Positions 59,103 through 64,000 of a DNA stretch of 64,000 bases are shown in pieces. A model generated the notes under the pieces. That model was not told the DNA's origin. It ran no database searches and was given only the letters and a program-made list of their open reading frames with translations. The translations under genes were made by a program, and so were the position numbers. The stretch comes from an uncultured Chloroflexia bacterium. Its GTDB lineage: Bacteria > Chloroflexota > Anaerolineae > Anaerolineales > UBA4823. Positions within the stretch are counted from its first letter, which is position 1. The number at the start of each line of letters is the position of its first letter. The stretch lies in assembly GCA_963698715.1 (NCBI GenBank), contig CAVORW010000004.1:219527-283526 (forward strand). The letters run 5' to 3'.

Positions 59103-60442
59103 AGCAGCTTAAAAGCACCCTTCAAGACATTCTTCAATATCCCTCGGCCATTTTTGGATCCTTGATCGTATTAGCGCTCATTGTGTCAGCCATCGTGGTG
59201 GTAATAAAAATCCCTTACAGCGAAGCGATCAGCAGATGGCGCGGCGGTGAGTTAATCTGGGGCAAGAACCCCAGGAATGTCCCACCAATTTGGGTCAACT
59301 GGTTTAGAACAGACAAGTTGGTCGTTTCAACGGATTTAACTGAAGATGATGAAGATGTCACCGTTGTTCAAGAAGTCACGGAAGGCGGCACACCGATCAA
59401 AACCATCACCTTTGATCTTGACTACCAGTATGATACCTTCCCACAAGATCTTGTGATTTACTTTACTTCGCAATTTGATGCCAAGCAGCCTTTTGTGACC
59501 CTCACGTGGATTACTCCGGACGAACGCGAGATCAAAGTCGGTGGATTTGCGATTGGCGCGACCCACACGTATCCTTTAAACCAGGATGACAAACTCAAAA
59601 AGAAGCTGGATGGTTTAGAGCCAATTATTGGGCTATTCAATGACCCCGAAATTGAGGCCCTGGTACCGCTCAGAGGGAAATATCAACTGGTCATTGAAGC
59701 GATTACCTTTGAGCCAGAGGCTGCCGTGCAGACAGAGTTTGTGATGCATGGGCAGGTCTTTGGTTGGGCGGGCACGGATCACCTGCGGCGTGATTTGACC
59801 CTTCCCATTTTATGGGGCATCCCAATTGCTTTGGCATTCGGATTGCTGGCTGCGGTGGGCACCTCCTTGCTGACCATGATCATCGCTGCCGTCGGCACCT
59901 GGTACGGCGGGGCTGTGGATGGGCTCATCCAGCGGATTACGGAAATCAATCTGGTGCTGCCATTCTTATCGATTTTGATCATGATTGGCACGTTCTACAA
60001 CCGGAGTATCTGGACCATCCTGGGGGCCACAGTTGCACTGAGCATCTTTACGGGCGGGATTAAATCCTACCGGGCGATCTTCATGCAGGTAAAAGAATCC
60101 ACCTATATCGAGGCTGCCAAGGCGTATGGCGCCAGCGACGGGCGGATTATCTTCAAGTATTTGATACCCCGCATTATCCCCTTGCTCATTCCGGGTCTGG
60201 TATCAGCCGTACCCGCTTTTGTTTTCCTGGAGGCCTCACTCGCTTTGCTTGGACTTGGCGACCCGGTTTTGCCAACCTGGGGTAAAACGATCAATGAGGC
60301 ATATTCAAACGCCGCGCTTTATCGAGGCTGGTATTATTGGATCCTCGAACCAGCTGTGCTGCTAATGATCACTGGTTTAGGCTTTGCCTCTTTAGGCTTT
60401 GCGCTCGACCGGATCTTCAATCCCCGTCTACGGAGTTTATGA
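59099..60442 (+). CDS. Peptide ABC permease (OppC/DppC-like) with large extracytoplasmic insert
   Basis: GTDHLRRD, YIEAAKAYGA, EASLALLGLG, FNPRLR. Confidence 0.9.
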   Translation: MKQLKSTLQDILQYPSAIFGSLIVLALIVSAIVVVIKIPYSEAISRWRGGELIWGKNPRNVPPIWVNWFRTDKLVVSTDLTEDDEDVTVVQEVTEGGTPIKTITFDLDYQYDTFPQDLVIYFTSQFDAKQPFVTLTWITPDEREIKVGGFAIGATHTYPLNQDDKLKKKLDGLEPIIGLFNDPEIEALVPLRGKYQLVIEAITFEPEAAVQTEFVMHGQVFGWAGTDHLRRDLTLPILWGIPIALAFGLLAAVGTSLLTMIIAAVGTWYGGAVDGLIQRITEINLVLPFLSILIMIGTFYNRSIWTILGATVALSIFTGGIKSYRAIFMQVKESTYIEAAKAYGASDGRIIFKYLIPRIIPLLIPGLVSAVPAFVFLEASLALLGLGDPVLPTWGKTINEAYSNAALYRGWYYWILEPAVLLMITGLGFASLGFALDRIFNPRLRSL

Positions 60443-60447
60443 TCGCC

Positions 60448-61404
60448 ATGGCAGAAAAAGCACTTCTACGCGTGGAAAACCTGAAACTGTACTTCAAAGC
60501 CTCAAAGGGGGTTGTACAGGCGGTGGATGGGGTTGATTTGACCCTGTCGCCCAACGAAGCGATGGTGATCATTGGGGAATCGGGTTGCGGTAAAACCTCT
60601 ATGGCCAAAGCCTTGTTGCGCTTGCTGCCCCTCAATGTGGATACCTATTCTGGGAGCATCTACCTGAATGGGGAAGATATCATGAAACTGGATGGGGAAA
60701 ATTTCCGCCGCGATGTGCGCTGGTCCAAGATGGCAATGGTACCGCAGGCGGCCATGAATTCACTCAATCCCGTCTTGCGGGTAGGCGACCAGGTAGCTGA
60801 ACCGATGATGATCCATCATGGGGTGAGCAAGGAAGATGCCCTGGATCATGCCAAAACCATGTTCCAACGGGTTGGCGTGCCGGTAGATTTTATCAATCGT
60901 TACGCATTCGAGTTGAGCGGTGGAATGCGCCAGCGCGTGGCGATTGCCATGTCACTGGTCGCGGTGCCAGATCTGGTTATCCTGGACGAGCCCACCTCTG
61001 CTCTGGATGTACTGACCCAGGCCAATATCATGAACTTGCTTAAGCTGGTTAAGAAAGAAATCGCCACCAGCTTTATCCTGATTACCCACGACATTTCAAC
61101 CTCCAGCGAACTAGCGGATCGGGTGGCGGTGATGTATGCCGGACAGATTGTTGAAATCTGCGATAATAACCGATTCTTCACGCAGCCGCTGCACCCGTAC
61201 TCTGTGGCGCTGATGTCCTCCGTCCCCCGGTTACGCAGTACCGCCGATCTGGATTTCATCAGCGGGCAGCCGCCCAGCCTGATCAATCCACCCACCGGTT
61301 GCCGGTTTGCTGACCGCTGTCCAAAGGTCTTCGAGCAATGCGTCCAGGATCCGCCAGTGATCTCACAATATGGTCGCCAGGTGAAATGCTGGTTATATGC
61401 ATAA
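60448..61404 (+). CDS. Peptide ABC ATPase (OppD-like)
   Basis: GESGCGKT, LSGGMRQR, DEPT, GCRFADRC. Confidence 0.92.
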   Translation: MAEKALLRVENLKLYFKASKGVVQAVDGVDLTLSPNEAMVIIGESGCGKTSMAKALLRLLPLNVDTYSGSIYLNGEDIMKLDGENFRRDVRWSKMAMVPQAAMNSLNPVLRVGDQVAEPMMIHHGVSKEDALDHAKTMFQRVGVPVDFINRYAFELSGGMRQRVAIAMSLVAVPDLVILDEPTSALDVLTQANIMNLLKLVKKEIATSFILITHDISTSSELADRVAVMYAGQIVEICDNNRFFTQPLHPYSVALMSSVPRLRSTADLDFISGQPPSLINPPTGCRFADRCPKVFEQCVQDPPVISQYGRQVKCWLYA

Positions 61405-61421
61405 GGTAGGGAGAATTATTC

Positions 61422-62456
61422 ATGCAAGATCCATCCCACATTACTGAAACTTTTCAGACCGATCCAACACTCGCTGATGGTTCCCTGCTTTCGATTCAGG
61501 ACTTGCACGTATGGTTTGAATTGCGGCGTTTTGGATTTGGTCATGCTGGTTATGTGCGCGCGGTTGATGGTGTCAGTTTTGAGCTGAACCATGGCGAAGC
61601 GGTGGCGGTCGTTGGCGAAAGTGGTTGCGGCAAGTCCAGCCTGATGAAGACAATTTTGGGGCTCAATACTCCCACCAGGGGAGATATCGTATATAACGGG
61701 AATTCTTTATCTGGGCTCAGCCGCTCGGCTCTTAAATGGTATCGCTCACAGGTTGGGTATGTTCAGCAAGATCCTTATGGCGCTTTGCCACCTTTTATGA
61801 CCATTCAGAACATCCTCGAAGAGCCCTTGATCATCAATGGGGTTAAGGATAAACAAGAACGGCTTGAGCGCATCCATAAAGCCCTGGAAGAAGTCAAGAT
61901 GACGCCCGTGGATGAATTCTTGCCCAAGTTCCCCCATATGATCAGCGGTGGACAGCAACAACGGGTGGTCATCGCCCGGGCGATGATCCTCAACCCCAAA
62001 CTGCTGGTGGCGGATGAACCGGTCTCGATGTTGGATGCCTCGGTGCGGGTTGAGATCCTGAAGCTGCTGCGCGGCCTGCAGGAGAACCACGACCTGGCGG
62101 TGATCTATATCACCCATGACCTTTCCACAGTGCGTTACTTCTCGGAATATATTTTTGTTATGTACGCCGGCGAGATCATCGAAAAGGCGCTCGTGGCTGA
62201 TCTGATCCATAACCCCAAGCATCCCTATACCCTGGCCCTGCTGGCAGCCACCTCAGACCCGGACGCGAAGAATGTAGATGAGTTTCAGGAAGTTCCGCCG
62301 GGCGAGCCGCCCAGTCTGGTCAATCCACCGACAGGATGTCGTTTCCACCCGCGCTGCGAGTTCATGATACCGGGAGAATGTGATGCAGAGCGCCCACCAG
62401 AATTCCCCATCGAGCCGGACCATCTGGTGGCTTGTTGGTTATTCAAGGAGACCTGA
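61422..62456 (+). CDS. Peptide ABC ATPase (OppF-like)
   Basis: GESGCGKS, ISGGQQQR, ADEPVSMLD, GCRFHPRC. Confidence 0.92.
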   Translation: MQDPSHITETFQTDPTLADGSLLSIQDLHVWFELRRFGFGHAGYVRAVDGVSFELNHGEAVAVVGESGCGKSSLMKTILGLNTPTRGDIVYNGNSLSGLSRSALKWYRSQVGYVQQDPYGALPPFMTIQNILEEPLIINGVKDKQERLERIHKALEEVKMTPVDEFLPKFPHMISGGQQQRVVIARAMILNPKLLVADEPVSMLDASVRVEILKLLRGLQENHDLAVIYITHDLSTVRYFSEYIFVMYAGEIIEKALVADLIHNPKHPYTLALLAATSDPDAKNVDEFQEVPPGEPPSLVNPPTGCRFHPRCEFMIPGECDAERPPEFPIEPDHLVACWLFKET

Positions 62457-62457
62457 G

Positions 62458-62649
62458 ATGACCCCTTTACAGTTGATCATCCTGGGGACCATATTGTTGC
62501 TCATAGGAGTACTCCTCCCTTTCTTGATGGTTACAAAGGTAATTGAGCCAACTATGGCACTTAGCTTTTTATCACATATCTCATCGATATCCGGGATGAT
62601 CGTCGGTTTTTGGGGCGTAATCAATTACCATAGCGCCAGCAACAAATAA
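62458..62649 (+). CDS. Small two-TM membrane protein
   Basis: AGGAG upstream of ATG 62458; MTPLQLIILGTILLLIGVLLPFLMV. Confidence 0.6.
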   Translation: MTPLQLIILGTILLLIGVLLPFLMVTKVIEPTMALSFLSHISSISGMIVGFWGVINYHSASNK

Positions 62650-62714
62650 GAAATCCTGCTCAATCGCTAATTGAGACAGCTATTAATCTTGCTGTCTTGT
62701 ATTAAACCCAATCG

Positions 62715-62746
62715 GGGCTGTCTGAACAGTATTTCCAGACAGCCCC
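62715..62746. terminator. Hairpin between convergent genes
   Basis: GGGGCTGTCTG...CAGACAGCCCC. Confidence 0.6.
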
Positions 62747-62795
62747 TCAACATCTAAACAACTTGATTTTGATTTAGCGCGAACCCGAACCCTCG

Positions 62796-64000
62796 TTATC
62801 GACACTCTTCCCCGTAATCGAACAGCTCCAAATTCCATAATGCGCTGTCGACCGATGAGTCTACCTGCACGCCGCAAAAATCGGACCGCATCGCGACCAT
62901 TTTTTGCCGCCAGTATAACGGCAGAGCCGGCAGATCTTGCGTAAAAAGGATCTGCGCTCGAGCATTGGCTTGCTGGTATGCAGGCATCTCGGGCAGTGTC
63001 TGGCGAGCCAACCAGCAGGCCCGGTCAAACTCTGGATTGGCGTAACCACTGGCGTTTGCCCCTCCCCACCCCTTGGGATACTCCGGGTAAGGTCCAGGAA
63101 TTTCAGTCGAAATATACAGGAAGCAGGGCGGCTCGATCGAGGAGATCCAGCCGAACTGGGCCAGGTCGAACTGGCGGCCAAAGACTGGTCCATCCTGTCC
63201 AGGGGCAAACAATTCCTCCCAGTTGCCAGTCCGCACTTCGAGCTGGATTCCGCAAACAGCCAGCGACGATGCGATCAGATCAGCAAGGGCGCGTTTCTCC
63301 GCATCATCGGCAATGATCAGCTGTGGCTGAAATGGAGTGCCATCTACGATCCCAGGGACTCCGCGCGCTACCCTGGGAGTATCTGCTGATCCATCCTCAT
63401 CTAGCCAGCCAACAGATTCAAGTAAGCCGCCTGCCGCTTGCGGGTCATAGGAATACGTTGCTACTTCGCTCGAATACAAAGGATGGTCTTGAGGGATATA
63501 GCTGTCTGGGATCTGTGTCTCACCCGGAGAAAGCGCCGCCAGGATCGCCTGGCGATCGATGCATTGGGCCACAGCCTGGCGGGTCTCTTTCAGGCTGAAC
63601 CAGGGCTGCGGCAGAAATTCAACACCAGCAGGATCCCGATAAGCCTGAATGCCAAAATCCAGATGCTCCCAGGCAGCAGCATTGGCGGTTGCAAAAACCA
63701 GATCGCCGGATTGCTGCAGTGCCAACAGCTGGTCCCTCTCCGTTTCGATGTGGGCGGACTCATCAATGTAATCACATTCACCTGCATGGAGAGCAGCCAG
63801 GGCTTGATCGCCATCGGGCATAAAGCGGTAGACCAGATGATCAAATTTTGGCAGCCCTTCCAGTGTCCGGAAATAACCCGGGTTGCGGTTAAGGCTGATA
63901 TGGTCACCTGAGACCCACTCCTCAATCACATACGGTCCCCAGCCTAATGGCGTTCGATTAGCGATCTCGGATGAAAGTAATTCCTCAACCGGCAGGAAGC
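62796..64000 (-). CDS. Peptide ABC substrate-binding protein, C-terminal part
   Basis: GWGPYVIEEW, WEHLDF, RQAVAQCIDR, DLPALPLY; frame open to window end. Confidence 0.85.
   Translation of the reverse strand, partial: FLPVEELLSSEIANRTPLGWGPYVIEEWVSGDHISLNRNPGYFRTLEGLPKFDHLVYRFMPDGDQALAALHAGECDYIDESAHIETERDQLLALQQSGDLVFATANAAAWEHLDFGIQAYRDPAGVEFLPQPWFSLKETRQAVAQCIDRQAILAALSPGETQIPDSYIPQDHPLYSSEVATYSYDPQAAGGLLESVGWLDEDGSADTPRVARGVPGIVDGTPFQPQLIIADDAEKRALADLIASSLAVCGIQLEVRTGNWEELFAPGQDGPVFGRQFDLAQFGWISSIEPPCFLYISTEIPGPYPEYPKGWGGANASGYANPEFDRACWLARQTLPEMPAYQQANARAQILFTQDLPALPLYWRQKMVAMRSDFCGVQVDSSVDSALWNLELFDYGEECR

Overview
Bacterial chromosomal window of mid GC content, most consistent with Chloroflexota/Anaerolineae. 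This is an inference from Pro/Thr-rich lipoprotein linkers and a C-terminal YLPMV-type tail on a secreted protease. In order, it contains: an atypical feo iron-uptake operon (membrane-anchored DtxR-FeoA-FeoA fusion, split FeoB, second DtxR regulator); a LysM/M23 peptidase; a carotenoid operon (crtI-crtB-lycopene cyclase-P450) with a consensus promoter overlapped by CarH-like repeats; a complete IS200/IS605 element (dead tnpA, intact tnpB); an MFS-HEAT fusion divergent from larBEC; a decayed zone next to two tRNA-Ser genes (cbiR-like relic, broken STAND/TPR gene, ISAzo13, ISAs1-type MITE); murJ; an S8 protease; a CSC-type P1B ATPase; a nucleoside ABC operon with an internally duplicated BMP; cdd, corC-like, glmU and tRNA-Gln; an ISAs1; and peptide ABC genes. 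The most unusual non-coding signal is 18 bp of complementarity between the structured 5' leader and the sequence immediately after the stop codon of a 2.65-kb ABC substrate-binding gene. All calls are by eye from motifs; no searches were run.
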